Source: Dehalococcoidia bacterium (GTDB taxonomy: Bacteria > Chloroflexota > Dehalococcoidia > Lucifugimonadales > UBA1123). From it: 64,000 nt of DNA. Positions 48,232-56,410 of this stretch are shown in pieces (the stretch's first letter is position 1; each line of letters starts with the position of its first letter). The translations under genes and the position numbers were made by a program. The notes beneath the pieces were generated by a model. That model saw only the letters and a program-made list of their open reading frames with translations, did no database searches and was not told the origin of the DNA. The stretch spans positions 1,875,492 through 1,939,491 of the forward strand of contig OZ220685.1 in assembly GCA_965116405.1 (NCBI GenBank), in the 5' to 3' direction.

Positions 48232-49368
48232 CTAGAGGCCGCTCATGATGTTCTGCAGCGGGTTCGATACGGGTGTCGGCGTAGTGGCCGCGCTGATTCG
48301 GAGCTGCTCGATGAACCACGCGTAGATGTCCGAGTTGAACGTGGCGTACACGTCGTGGCTCTGTCTCTCCTGGTTGACCCATAGCTGGAGGACACGCGTC
48401 TTCAGCGTCTCCCGGTTGCGCCGGCTGACCTCCCGGTTGCCGTCCCGTTCCGATACCAGGAAGAAGAGTATCTGCTGGGGATTGTCCACGTTCGGTGTGG
48501 GCTTGGAGAGCACGCCGGGTTCCAGTTGCCAGAACTTGTCCTCGTAGTCTTCGTGTATTCCGAGCGGCGTCCATCCGACGTCTCCGGCGGATTCGTAGGT
48601 CTCGGGGTCGCTTGAAAACTCGCGCGCTATGGCTCTGAAAACGGCGCGAATGTTCTCTGGGCTCTTGTTGTCGCCGATCAAGTCCTGCAGCTTCGTCTGC
48701 ATGATGTCGATCTCGTCGTTATGTCCCATCGCTATGCGATGCAGGTAGACCTGCTCTGCGAACGCCGGCACCTGGTCCCCCAGGAACTGCCGGTACTTCT
48801 CCCTGAGAATAGACTTTCGCACCAGATCGCGGTGCTCCGCCTCGCTGACCTGGGCCTGGTTCAGGAACTGCCGGTACCGTTCATGGTACTCGCGCTCGAT
48901 CTGGGCGTCTGACTTGCCGAGAGACTCGTCCGGGGAGGGGGCAATCCTCGCCCTTATAGAGTTGTCTATCTCGTCGCGTGAGACCGATATCCCGTCGGAC
49001 GGCGCTGCCTGGGCGATCACTTCGTTCTCGACGATTAGCTGCAGCGCTTCGAAGACGTCGTCGCTGGTACGTATCTGCTGGGTCTGCGCCAGCTCCATCG
49101 ATCTCTGTCTGAGGCGCAGCAGCTTCACCATGTCGCCGCGTGTATAGACCACGTCGTTGACACGGACCACCAGCTGCTGAGGGGGCAGGACGAAGATTAT
49201 GACGTACCCGGCGACGATGATACCCGTGAGCACGAGCAGCATGGCGCCAATGATGATGAGCGCAATCCTGCGACGTCGTCGCTCTTCTGGAGTGCGCTCC
49301 GCCGCGATCCTGCGGCTGTCTCTTCTCACCGTCCTCCTGGACGGTACCTCCTGAGCTTCGTCAACCAC
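48232..49368 (-). CDS. membrane-anchored SurA/PrsA-like peptidylprolyl isomerase (parvulin domain)
   Basis: Single N-terminal TM helix, a SurA-N-like helical region, and a parvulin-like segment (EFSSDPETYESAGDVGW). Confidence 0.72.
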   Translation of the reverse strand: MVDEAQEVPSRRTVRRDSRRIAAERTPEERRRRRIALIIIGAMLLVLTGIIVAGYVIIFVLPPQQLVVRVNDVVYTRGDMVKLLRLRQRSMELAQTQQIRTSDDVFEALQLIVENEVIAQAAPSDGISVSRDEIDNSIRARIAPSPDESLGKSDAQIEREYHERYRQFLNQAQVSEAEHRDLVRKSILREKYRQFLGDQVPAFAEQVYLHRIAMGHNDEIDIMQTKLQDLIGDNKSPENIRAVFRAIAREFSSDPETYESAGDVGWTPLGIHEDYEDKFWQLEPGVLSKPTPNVDNPQQILFFLVSERDGNREVSRRNRETLKTRVLQLWVNQERQSHDVYATFNSDIYAWFIEQLRISAATTPTPVSNPLQNIMSGL

Positions 49369-49383
49369 GATAGTTTCAGCGTT

Positions 49384-49833
49384 CTACCTCGACCAGCGCA
49401 TGGGAGGACCATCGTGGTCAGGGCTGAATGGGATCAGTGCCAGGTGCCGGGCGCGCTTGATGGCAGTCGCCAGCGCGCGCTGGTGCTTCGAACAGACGCC
49501 CGTCTTGCGGCGGGACTCGATCTTCCAGCGGTCGGTCATGTACCTGCGGAACCGGTCAGTGTCCTTGTAGTCGATGAATTCGACGTGATCTACGCAGAAG
49601 CCGCAGATCTTCCGACGGCTATAGTATCGGGGCCTGCCGCGCCGGCCGCCGAATCGGCCGCCCGGTCGTCCACCGGGTCTGCCGCCGCCGGGTCGTCCGC
49701 CGGGGCCACCGGGTCTCGATCCGGTCGCTCCTCCTGGTCTGGAGCCGGGAGGGCCTCCGGGCCTCGGTCCCGAGGGAGCGCCTGGCCTGGGGCCGGTTGA
49801 TGGTGGTCTGCTAGTCTGTGTCGTCATGTTCAC
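49384..49833 (-). CDS. rpsR: 30S ribosomal protein S18 with ~70-aa Gly/Pro/Arg-rich N-terminal extension
   Basis: Core region is [63 protein letters not shown] saw no internal ATG/GTG/TTG start just upstream of the core. Confidence 0.88.
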   Translation of the reverse strand: MNMTTQTSRPPSTGPRPGAPSGPRPGGPPGSRPGGATGSRPGGPGGRPGGGRPGGRPGGRFGGRRGRPRYYSRRKICGFCVDHVEFIDYKDTDRFRRYMTDRWKIESRRKTGVCSKHQRALATAIKRARHLALIPFSPDHDGPPMRWSR

Positions 49834-49939
49834 TCACCTTGTATCTACGTCGTTCTGACTCTTGCTGGATTCTCCTGGACCGGCGAGGGAGGCATTCTGC
49901 CCGCTAACCGCCGGGGTGAGTCGACTGTATTGTTAGTTT

Positions 49940-50353
49940 CTACCAGGGAAGATCGTCTGCATCCTCTTCAGGCCCGCCGAATGGCGGCGGTGCTCCGTAA
50001 CCACCGGGGTCGCCGGAGACCTGTCCGCGCGGATCAAGGAATCGGACGTCGCTCGCCCTTACCTCATTGCTGAATCGCGTCTGTCCGTCTTGGCCCTGCC
50101 AGGAGCGACTTTGAAGGCGCCCTTCAACATAGACCTTGCTACCCCTTGTGAGGTACTGGTTGGTAGTTTCGGCTAGTCGTCCCCATGCGTTAATCCGAAA
50201 CCACTCCGTCTCTTCTCTCTGCTCGCCATCCCTTGTTCTATATCTCCAGCTTGTGGCCACAGAAAAGCTAGTCACTGGATCGCCGCTCGGCAGGTACCGC
50301 ATCTCGGGATCGCCGCCCAAGTTGCCGATAATCAAAATCTTATTCATGGTCAT
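49940..50353 (-). CDS. ssb: single-stranded DNA-binding protein
   Basis: MNKILIIGNLGGDPEMRYLPSGDPV..., an OB fold with an acidic tail ending DDLPW. Confidence 0.95.
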   Translation of the reverse strand: MTMNKILIIGNLGGDPEMRYLPSGDPVTSFSVATSWRYRTRDGEQREETEWFRINAWGRLAETTNQYLTRGSKVYVEGRLQSRSWQGQDGQTRFSNEVRASDVRFLDPRGQVSGDPGGYGAPPPFGGPEEDADDLPW

Positions 50354-50383
50354 GGCACTACTCCTGCCATCGCGTAGCGACTG

Positions 50384-51199
50384 CTACTCGCCTTCCTTGG
50401 ACTCGTCCTCGTTAGTGGACTCCTCTTCGGATGGCTCCGCTGATGCCTCGGCCTCGACGGGAGCGGCCTCCTCCGCCTCAGGCTCTGTGCTGGCCTCGGC
50501 TTGGACTGGAGCGGTCTCCTCGGCCTCTTCTGCGGTAGGCTCCGTGCTGGCCTCGGCTTGGACTGGAGCGGGCTCCTCGGCCTCTTCTGCGGTAGGCTCC
50601 GTGCTGGCCTCGGCTTGGACTGGAGCGGGCTCCTCGGCCTCTTCTGCGGCAGGCTCTGTGCTGGCCTCAGCCTGGACTGGAGCGGGCTCCTCGGCCTCTT
50701 CTGCGGCAGGCTCTGTGCTGGCCTCAGCCTGGACTGGAGCCGCATCTTCAGCTTCTGCGCCTTCCTGAGCGGCGGATTCGGCTGCTTCCGCTTCAGCCAG
50801 TCTGCGTGCCTCTTCGCGCTCTCTGGCCTCCTGCTCGGCGGCGGCACGTCGCTCGGCTTCCAGCCTTGCCGCACGCTCTCGCTCGGCCTGCTTCTCCATG
50901 GCGGCGATGTCGGACGGATCAAGCCGGAAAACGAGGTGTCTCAGCACGTCCTGGGACGAGTTCAGAGTATTGTCCAACTCAACGGCTGCCTGCGCATCCA
51001 TCTTGCAGCGGGCGATGAAGTAGTTGCCCTCGATGAACCGCTGGATCGGGTAGGCGAGCCTCCTGATACCCCAGTTCTCCTGGTCTGAGACGGCTCCGCC
51101 CCCGTCGGAGATGAGGCTCCTTATTCGATCGACAGTCTCAGACGCCTCGGCTTCAGTAGCCTCGGGGCTGAGAATCATTACAAGCTCGTAGTCGCGCAT
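50384..51199 (-). CDS. rpsF: 30S ribosomal protein S6 with ~170-aa acidic repeat-containing C-terminal extension
   Basis: From the ATG at 51199: MRDYELVMILSPEATEAEA...WGIRRLAYPI. After about residue 100 comes a charged helix and then tandem APVQAEASTEPAAEEAEEP units. Confidence 0.88.
   Translation of the reverse strand: MRDYELVMILSPEATEAEASETVDRIRSLISDGGGAVSDQENWGIRRLAYPIQRFIEGNYFIARCKMDAQAAVELDNTLNSSQDVLRHLVFRLDPSDIAAMEKQAERERAARLEAERRAAAEQEAREREEARRLAEAEAAESAAQEGAEAEDAAPVQAEASTEPAAEEAEEPAPVQAEASTEPAAEEAEEPAPVQAEASTEPTAEEAEEPAPVQAEASTEPTAEEAEETAPVQAEASTEPEAEEAAPVEAEASAEPSEEESTNEDESKEGE
50450..50760 (-). repeat. in-frame 57-bp tandem repeat (about 5 copies) inside the rpsF 3' extension
   Basis: Unit starts at 50498, 50555, 50612, 50669 and 50726 are nearly identical, with degenerate flanking copies. 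Confidence 0.9.
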
Positions 51200-51334
51200 C
51201 CGTACCGAAGTCAAACCAAATACTCCTGAAACCTGGGAGGGGATATCCAGAAAAGTATAGCACGCACCCCAAACGGGCAACAACGAACGAAAAACGACTA
51301 GAGTGCGAGAATGGAGAACGGAGCTGCTGCCTGC

Positions 51335-51733
51335 TTAGAGCCTGCTCACACCCTCCAAGGACGCCATTCTGCGGTCCAGTGTGAGAGTATCCAGTCCGGC
51401 TCTTGAGTAGTCGTTAGCGATGAGCCTGTCGAATAGACCGGGACCTCCGGTTGCCTCCAGAACGTCAATGACGGATTGGCCGCTTAGAGGGGCAACAAGG
51501 CCACTTCGCAGTGTGTTGAGCAAAGAAGTACGGGCATCGTCCTTCGATACTTTGTAGTGATGCTGGATTGCTACGTATGCTTCCCCAATAACCTGGTTCG
51601 ATGCGAAGACCTCGTCGCCTTGATCCTCGATCAAGGCTCGAAGCGCCTCGATGCAGCGAAAAAACTCGTCCTCGGGATCCTTGGTCAACAGTCTGACGAG
51701 AATGGATGTGTCAATCCCGTAGTGCCGGGTCAT
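51335..51733 (-). CDS. vapC: PIN-domain toxin VapC
   Basis: MTRHYGIDTSILVRLL..., with acidic PIN residues distributed along 132 aa. It overlaps the upstream antitoxin gene. Confidence 0.82.
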   Translation of the reverse strand: MTRHYGIDTSILVRLLTKDPEDEFFRCIEALRALIEDQGDEVFASNQVIGEAYVAIQHHYKVSKDDARTSLLNTLRSGLVAPLSGQSVIDVLEATGGPGLFDRLIANDYSRAGLDTLTLDRRMASLEGVSRL

Positions 51734-51953
51734 ACGTCTCCCTTCGGAAATCCCGGATATCGAAAGGTGGATGTCCAGGTGGTATCTTGTCTCTCAACGT
51801 TCCCAGTAGAGAGTAATCGATGCGCCGTGGGCGTAGGATGTAACCGTCAGAGGTCTCTGTCAGTTCAAGCTGATCGCCTGGTCCGACTCCCAAGGCGTCC
51901 AGTACCTTCGCTGGGAATGTGACCTGGCGTTTAGACGTGATTTTGACGATCAT
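51711..51953 (-). CDS. vapB: AbrB/SpoVT-fold antitoxin VapB
   Basis: ATG at 51953 with AAGGAG 7 nt upstream. MIVKITSKRQVTFPAKVLDALGVGPGDQLEL. Confidence 0.8.
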   Translation of the reverse strand: MIVKITSKRQVTFPAKVLDALGVGPGDQLELTETSDGYILRPRRIDYSLLGTLRDKIPPGHPPFDIRDFRRETYDPALRD

Positions 51954-52043
51954 CGTACTTCTCCTTACCAATATGCTATATCTGGTAAGGAGAGAGAATC
52001 AAGTTGGTACACTGTCAGTACTTGAGATACGGAGGGCACTTCC

Positions 52044-53210
52044 ATGCCAAACACAGCGGACGCGGTAGTGGTAGGCGGAGGAGTGATGGGATGCAGCATC
52101 CTCTTCAATCTCGCCCAGCGCGGCGTGACAAACACCGTGCTGCTCGAACGTGACGTGTTAGCGTCCGGCTCGACCAGCAGGTCGCAGGCTATCCTGCGAA
52201 TGCACTACTCGAACGAGGTCACCACACGCCTCGCTTGGGACAGTCTCTCAATCTTCCGGGACTTCTATGAACTGGTCGGAATGCCCTCCGGCTACACGAA
52301 AACCGGCTACTTCGTCATCGTTGGACCCGAGGACAGGGAGGCGATGGAGGGCAACGTCGCGATGCAGCGGTCCGTTGGGGTCGATACGTCGATCGTGACC
52401 GCAGAGGACGTCAGAGAGATAGCCCCGATGGTCGAGACGTTCGACGGCGAGTCCTTCGCGTACGAACCCGACTCAGGCTACGCCGACCCCTACTCCGTCA
52501 CCACCGGCTACGCCAACGCTTCCCGAGATATGGGCGCCCGCGTTCTGGCAGGTTCGCCCGCAACCGGCATCGAGATCACCGGAGACCGCGTGACTGCAGT
52601 ACTGACCGCCGAAGGCCGGATTGAGACGCCTATCGCCGTCGTTGCGGCCGGTCCGTGGTCTGGTCCGTTCCTCGAGTCCATCGGTGTTGAGGTCGATCTC
52701 CAACCCATCAGGCACCAAGTCATCATGCTCAGAAGGCCTCAGGACATAGTGCCGGACCACCCTATCATCGGCGACGTAGTAAACGACATGTCGCCCAGGC
52801 CGGATCTCGGCAACCTGACACTAATCGGCGTGGGAGAGGACGAGCCCGCCGATCCCGACAGCTACAACCAGGGCGTGGACATGTCCATGGTCGAGCAGAC
52901 CTTCGAAAAGCTGATCCGTCGTATGCCCGGTATGTCGCAGGCCCTCTTCCGGGGGGGCTGGAGCGGCCTATTTACGATAACGCCGGACTGGCACCCGGTG
53001 CTGGACCGCGTCGACGGAATCGAGGGACTCTACCTGTCCGTCGGTTTCAGCGGACACGGCTTCAAGCTCTCGCCCATGATCGGCGTTGTAATGTCGGAGC
53101 TGATCGTGGACGGCCAGGCCTCGAGCATAGACATATCCCAGCTTGGACTCGACCGCTTCGAGCAGGACCGGCACATGCGCTCGCGCTACTCCATGCAGGT
53201 GCTGGCGTAG
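52044..53210 (+). CDS. FAD-dependent oxidoreductase (DAO/sarcosine-oxidase beta-like)
   Basis: DAVVVGGGVMGCSILFNLAQRG dinucleotide-binding motif and a C-terminal GFSGHGFKLSP. Confidence 0.85.
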   Translation: MPNTADAVVVGGGVMGCSILFNLAQRGVTNTVLLERDVLASGSTSRSQAILRMHYSNEVTTRLAWDSLSIFRDFYELVGMPSGYTKTGYFVIVGPEDREAMEGNVAMQRSVGVDTSIVTAEDVREIAPMVETFDGESFAYEPDSGYADPYSVTTGYANASRDMGARVLAGSPATGIEITGDRVTAVLTAEGRIETPIAVVAAGPWSGPFLESIGVEVDLQPIRHQVIMLRRPQDIVPDHPIIGDVVNDMSPRPDLGNLTLIGVGEDEPADPDSYNQGVDMSMVEQTFEKLIRRMPGMSQALFRGGWSGLFTITPDWHPVLDRVDGIEGLYLSVGFSGHGFKLSPMIGVVMSELIVDGQASSIDISQLGLDRFEQDRHMRSRYSMQVLA

Positions 53211-53216
53211 CCCTGA

Positions 53217-53247
53217 GAAGTGAGTGGAGAGGAGTTAGGAGCGAGAG
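53217..53247 (+). repeat. purine-rich GAGTGAG-type intergenic repeat
   Basis: GAAGTGAGTGGAGAGGAGTTAGGAGCGAGAG, directly after the FAD oxidoreductase stop. Confidence 0.7.
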
Positions 53248-53298
53248 ATCCCCGTCACCGCCCCCTGTCAGGGCTGGCCTGGTCCTCTCGCAACCCTA

Positions 53299-53766
53299 TC
53301 AGCCGTCCACCTCGATGATGACCTCGATCTCCACCGGGATGTCGTTTGGAAGCCCCGCCATTCCGACAGCCGATCTCGCGTGACGTCCCTTGTCTCCGAA
53401 CACTTCCACCAGTAGGTCGGAACAGCCGTTGATCACGGCAGGCTGCTGATTGAACGAGGGGTCGCAGTTCACCATCCCCAGCAGCTTGACGACTTGGCGC
53501 ACCTTATCGAGGTCTCCAACCACGCCCTTCATTCGCGAAATAATGTTCAAGCCCGTCAGGCGCGCGGCCTCGTAGCCCTCCTCGGTGGTGAGGTCGCGAC
53601 CGACCTTGCCGGCCGGAATGGAGCCGTCAGGTCGACTGGCCGGTCCCAACCCGGACAGGTATACCAGGTTGCCGGTCCTCACCCCCGGCACGTAGTTGGC
53701 AATCGGCGGCGGCGTTTCCGGCAGCTCGATTCCCATCTCCGCCAGTCTAGCTTCGATCTCGGCCAT
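53299..53766 (-). CDS. RidA/YjgF-family protein
   Basis: ATG at 53766 with GAGGAG upstream. The C-terminal half is typical of RidA (ARSAVGMAGLPNDIPVEIE). Confidence 0.82.
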   Translation of the reverse strand: MAEIEARLAEMGIELPETPPPIANYVPGVRTGNLVYLSGLGPASRPDGSIPAGKVGRDLTTEEGYEAARLTGLNIISRMKGVVGDLDKVRQVVKLLGMVNCDPSFNQQPAVINGCSDLLVEVFGDKGRHARSAVGMAGLPNDIPVEIEVIIEVDG

Positions 53767-53859
53767 GTTCGTCTCCTCTTCAAAGCTGGTTGGGATCACC
53801 TAAGGTCGCATGGCGGATTGTACATTACGGACAGCCGTGATTGCGTGACGACAACTGAT

Positions 53860-53915
53860 GTAGAGTCAGGTTTAGAACCCGCTGACAGCGGCTGGCGTAG
53901 CAAACCTGACCCTAC
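53860..53915. other. long imperfect hairpin in the divergent RidA/VOC intergenic region
   Basis: GTAGAGTCAGGTTT pairs with AAACCTGACCCTAC (13 of 14 positions). It encloses a smaller CCGCT-GAC-AGCGG hairpin. Confidence 0.5.
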
Positions 53916-53984
53916 CAGCCATGCGCCACCGATCCTGTTATCATGATTCCCAAGTTTGGAATGCCACACTGGAGGGATGCAACG

Positions 53985-54380
53985 ATGTCAGGCATGATCG
54001 GCACCATCAGACTGCGAAGAGTCAACCACCTCACGTACTGCGTCAGGGACAAGGAGCGCGCAACCAGGTTCTGGGTTGACGTCCTGGGCGTCAAGGAGAT
54101 CCCCAGCATGGTCGACTCCGACCATATCGTGTGGCTCCAGCTTCCCAGCGGAACTATGGTGCATCTCATCGAAGGTGATGTCGCGCCATCGGTGCCGTCC
54201 CACCACGGGGCTTTCGAGGTGGAGGACATCGAAGAGGCGCAGAAGTACATGCACGCCCATAACGTCGAGACGACCGACATCACCACCCGTCATGACGGCC
54301 AGCGCGTCTTCTTCATAGAAGACACCGAGGGCAACCGCATCGAAATCTGCACCAAGTCCGGCTTCGGCGTCCTGGTGTAA
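53985..54380 (+). CDS. VOC-family (glyoxalase/dioxygenase fold) protein
   Basis: ATG at 53985 with GGAGGG upstream. RVNHLTYCVRDKERATRFWVDVLG ... HHGAFEVED. Confidence 0.78.
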   Translation: MSGMIGTIRLRRVNHLTYCVRDKERATRFWVDVLGVKEIPSMVDSDHIVWLQLPSGTMVHLIEGDVAPSVPSHHGAFEVEDIEEAQKYMHAHNVETTDITTRHDGQRVFFIEDTEGNRIEICTKSGFGVLV

Positions 54381-54650
54381 ATGCCGGAGATTTCCCGCTT
54401 CTTCGGCATCATCATTCGTATGTATCCTGAAGCAGGGGGACCACATCACTTGGCCCACTTTCATGCCTACTACCAAGATGCAGCAGCAGCGTATTCGGTA
54501 GCCGACCTGGATCTGATCGCGGGACGGCTCCCACGACGTCAGCACAGACTGGTAACTGCGTGGGCTGAGTTACACCAAGGTGAATTGGAGGCAAACTGGG
54601 CGTTGCTTCAAGCGGGTCGCATACCAAGTAAAATCGATCCACTGAGATAG
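54381..54650 (+). CDS. DUF4160-domain protein
   Basis: MPEISRFFGIIIRMYPEAGGPHHLAHFHAYY, the hallmark N-terminus of this family. Confidence 0.8.
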   Translation: MPEISRFFGIIIRMYPEAGGPHHLAHFHAYYQDAAAAYSVADLDLIAGRLPRRQHRLVTAWAELHQGELEANWALLQAGRIPSKIDPLR

Positions 54651-54661
54651 CGCATGACGAT

Positions 54662-54958
54662 ATGACACATCCAATTTACAGAGTCACGAGTTTTCGCTTC
54701 GAGGGTTCTTACACTCTTAGAGTGGAGTTCGATGACGGTTCCTGCCAGATGATTGATTTTGAACCCGTGTTGGCGGGTGAACTATACGGCCCGCTGCGCG
54801 ACGAGGAACTGTTCCGGCAGGTGTCGATAGACAGCGAGATTCATACGCTCGTATGGCCCAATGGGGCCGACTTTGATCCCGGGCTTCTTCACGAATGGAC
54901 GGAGCGTGCTGAAGCTATGGCTGAATTAGCACGTAGCTGGTCGCTTATTTCGAGATAG
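54662..54958 (+). CDS. DUF2442-domain protein
   Basis: YTLRVEFDDGSCQMIDFEPVL ... VWPNGADFDPGLLH, typical of DUF2442. Confidence 0.8.
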   Translation: MTHPIYRVTSFRFEGSYTLRVEFDDGSCQMIDFEPVLAGELYGPLRDEELFRQVSIDSEIHTLVWPNGADFDPGLLHEWTERAEAMAELARSWSLISR

Positions 54959-54975
54959 AACTGTGAGGTTTGGAT

Positions 54976-55950
54976 ATGACCTCTGAAACACGTTCAGGTC
55001 AGGAAGAACGCTGGCCCGATATTCGAGCCAGATCACGAACATTCTATGATGCGCCTCTGCTCGCAGATTTGGATGCCCTCGACGCAAATGTCGCCTTCGT
55101 CGGCATGCCCTTCGACCAGGGCACCTTCGGACGACCAGGCGCCCGTTTCGGCCCCGACGCCGTACGCGACGCCCGAGGCTACTCCTACATAGGCTACGGA
55201 GGAATGCAGTTTGACCAGGAGGCTGCCGGCTACTTCGACTCTGACCGAGGTACCGAGCTGCTCAAGGGCGTCACGATGGCCGACTGCGGCAACATCACCG
55301 TCGTCCCTTCAGACGTGCTCGACAACTTCCAGAAGCTGACCAACGTCGTCGAGAAGATCGTGTCGAAAGACTCCATGCCCGTCGTCGTTGGAGGCGACCA
55401 CGCCATCACCTTCCCGGTAGTGCGCGGACTTTCGGCCTTCGAGCCCCTGGACGTCGTCCACTTCGACGCCCACATGGATTACTCTCACGAGACCCAGGGA
55501 GTGCTCTACACACATGGCAGCCCAATCAGACGCTGCCGCGAGATGTCGTTCGTCCGCAACATAAGCTCCATTGGCATCCGCAAGGAGAGCCGGAAGGTCT
55601 ACGACGAGGCCATTGCGGACGGAAACTTAGTCGTCACTACCAGGAGGTTCAAGGAGCTCGGGCCTGAAGCCGCGATGGACCTCGTGCCAGAGTCCGAGAA
55701 CCTGTACGTCACCATAGACATCGACGTGATGGACCCCTCGCACGCGCCCGGCACTGGCACCCCGGAAGTCTGGGGCCTCTACTACGACGAACTCAGAGAC
55801 GCCCTGGTACACCTGGCCAGGAACCACAAGGTCGTCGCCTTCGACATGGTCGAGGTAGCCCCTCCATACGACCACGCCGACGTGACGTCCATGGTGGCAG
55901 CGAGGCTGATCATAGACTTCCTGACCGAGATCTTCCCGTCGCCAGCTTAA
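54976..55950 (+). CDS. arginase-family ureohydrolase (agmatinase/guanidino-acid hydrolase type)
   Basis: GGDHAITFPVV, FDAHMD and DIDVMDPSHAPGTGTPE metal-ligand motifs. The ATG at 54976 is preceded by GTGAGG. Confidence 0.88.
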   Translation: MTSETRSGQEERWPDIRARSRTFYDAPLLADLDALDANVAFVGMPFDQGTFGRPGARFGPDAVRDARGYSYIGYGGMQFDQEAAGYFDSDRGTELLKGVTMADCGNITVVPSDVLDNFQKLTNVVEKIVSKDSMPVVVGGDHAITFPVVRGLSAFEPLDVVHFDAHMDYSHETQGVLYTHGSPIRRCREMSFVRNISSIGIRKESRKVYDEAIADGNLVVTTRRFKELGPEAAMDLVPESENLYVTIDIDVMDPSHAPGTGTPEVWGLYYDELRDALVHLARNHKVVAFDMVEVAPPYDHADVTSMVAARLIIDFLTEIFPSPA

Positions 55951-56009
55951 AGCTGGACATATAGACAGGAGCCCACCACCGAAGCGCCAGGCTCTACAGT
56001 TAGCCACAA

Positions 56010-56335
56010 AGAAAACGAGGCGGACGCGAACGTCCGCCTCTCTGTTTTCGCGCCGTTCCCAATGACCCTGGGGCGAACCTCCCTACCTTCGAAGGCTTCC
56101 CTCCTCCGGCGGGACTTCTCGCCCAATTTCTGGGGCCCCCGCAGTAGCGCGGGAATCGAACCCGACTTAATCCTCCAGAACCTGGCCCCGAAGCCCGGCA
56201 CCAGCCTTCCGGCCCGCCTCACGTTCAGTTCAAGAGCTTTCTGAATGCTCCGTGGACGCCCGACTCATCGCCGGGGATGCCGTCACCTTAGCCCTGCGTA
56301 GCAGCTTGTTCAGTCACAGGGTCCTTGAAAACGGA
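56010..56335 (-). ncRNA. candidate unclassified non-coding RNA (promoter-to-terminator unit without a convincing ORF)
   Basis: It lies between the sigma70-like promoter at 56341-56370 and the terminator at 56017-56040. It contains several stem-loops and a GGTTCGATTCC T-loop-like motif (56151-56164 region). I could not fold it as a tRNA, tmRNA, SRP RNA or RNase P RNA. Confidence 0.3.
56017..56040. terminator. bidirectional rho-independent terminator
   Basis: GAGGCGGACG-CGAA-CGTCCGCCTC, flanked by AAAGAAAAC upstream and TCTGTTTTCG downstream. Confidence 0.75.
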
Positions 56336-56340
56336 TTGCT

Positions 56341-56370
56341 AGTATGACTGATCGTTAGACACCCTGTCAA
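56341..56370 (-). promoter_or_regulatory. sigma70-like promoter (TTGACA-18 nt-CATACT) on the minus strand
   Basis: The reverse complement reads TTGACAGGGTGTCTAACGATCAGTCATACT. Its architecture is very similar to the lexA promoter in this window. Confidence 0.4.
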
Positions 56371-56410
56371 TAGTAATTCTCGCTAGAATAGAATGATTCC
56401 AGAAATGTAT

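Noticed and set aside
50450-50760. Regular tandem repeats that could be mistaken for a CRISPR array
   Set aside because: The period is 57 bp with no unique spacers. The units are contiguous, in frame, and encode a repeated acidic peptide within rpsF.
56131-56170. tRNA gene suggested by GGTTCGATTCC on the minus strand, including the hope that it is tRNA-Sec
   Set aside because: There is no complementary 5' acceptor strand, no anticodon arm at the right distance, a T-stem of only 4 bp, and a 3' flank lacking a fitting acceptor or CCA. It is kept only as part of a candidate ncRNA.
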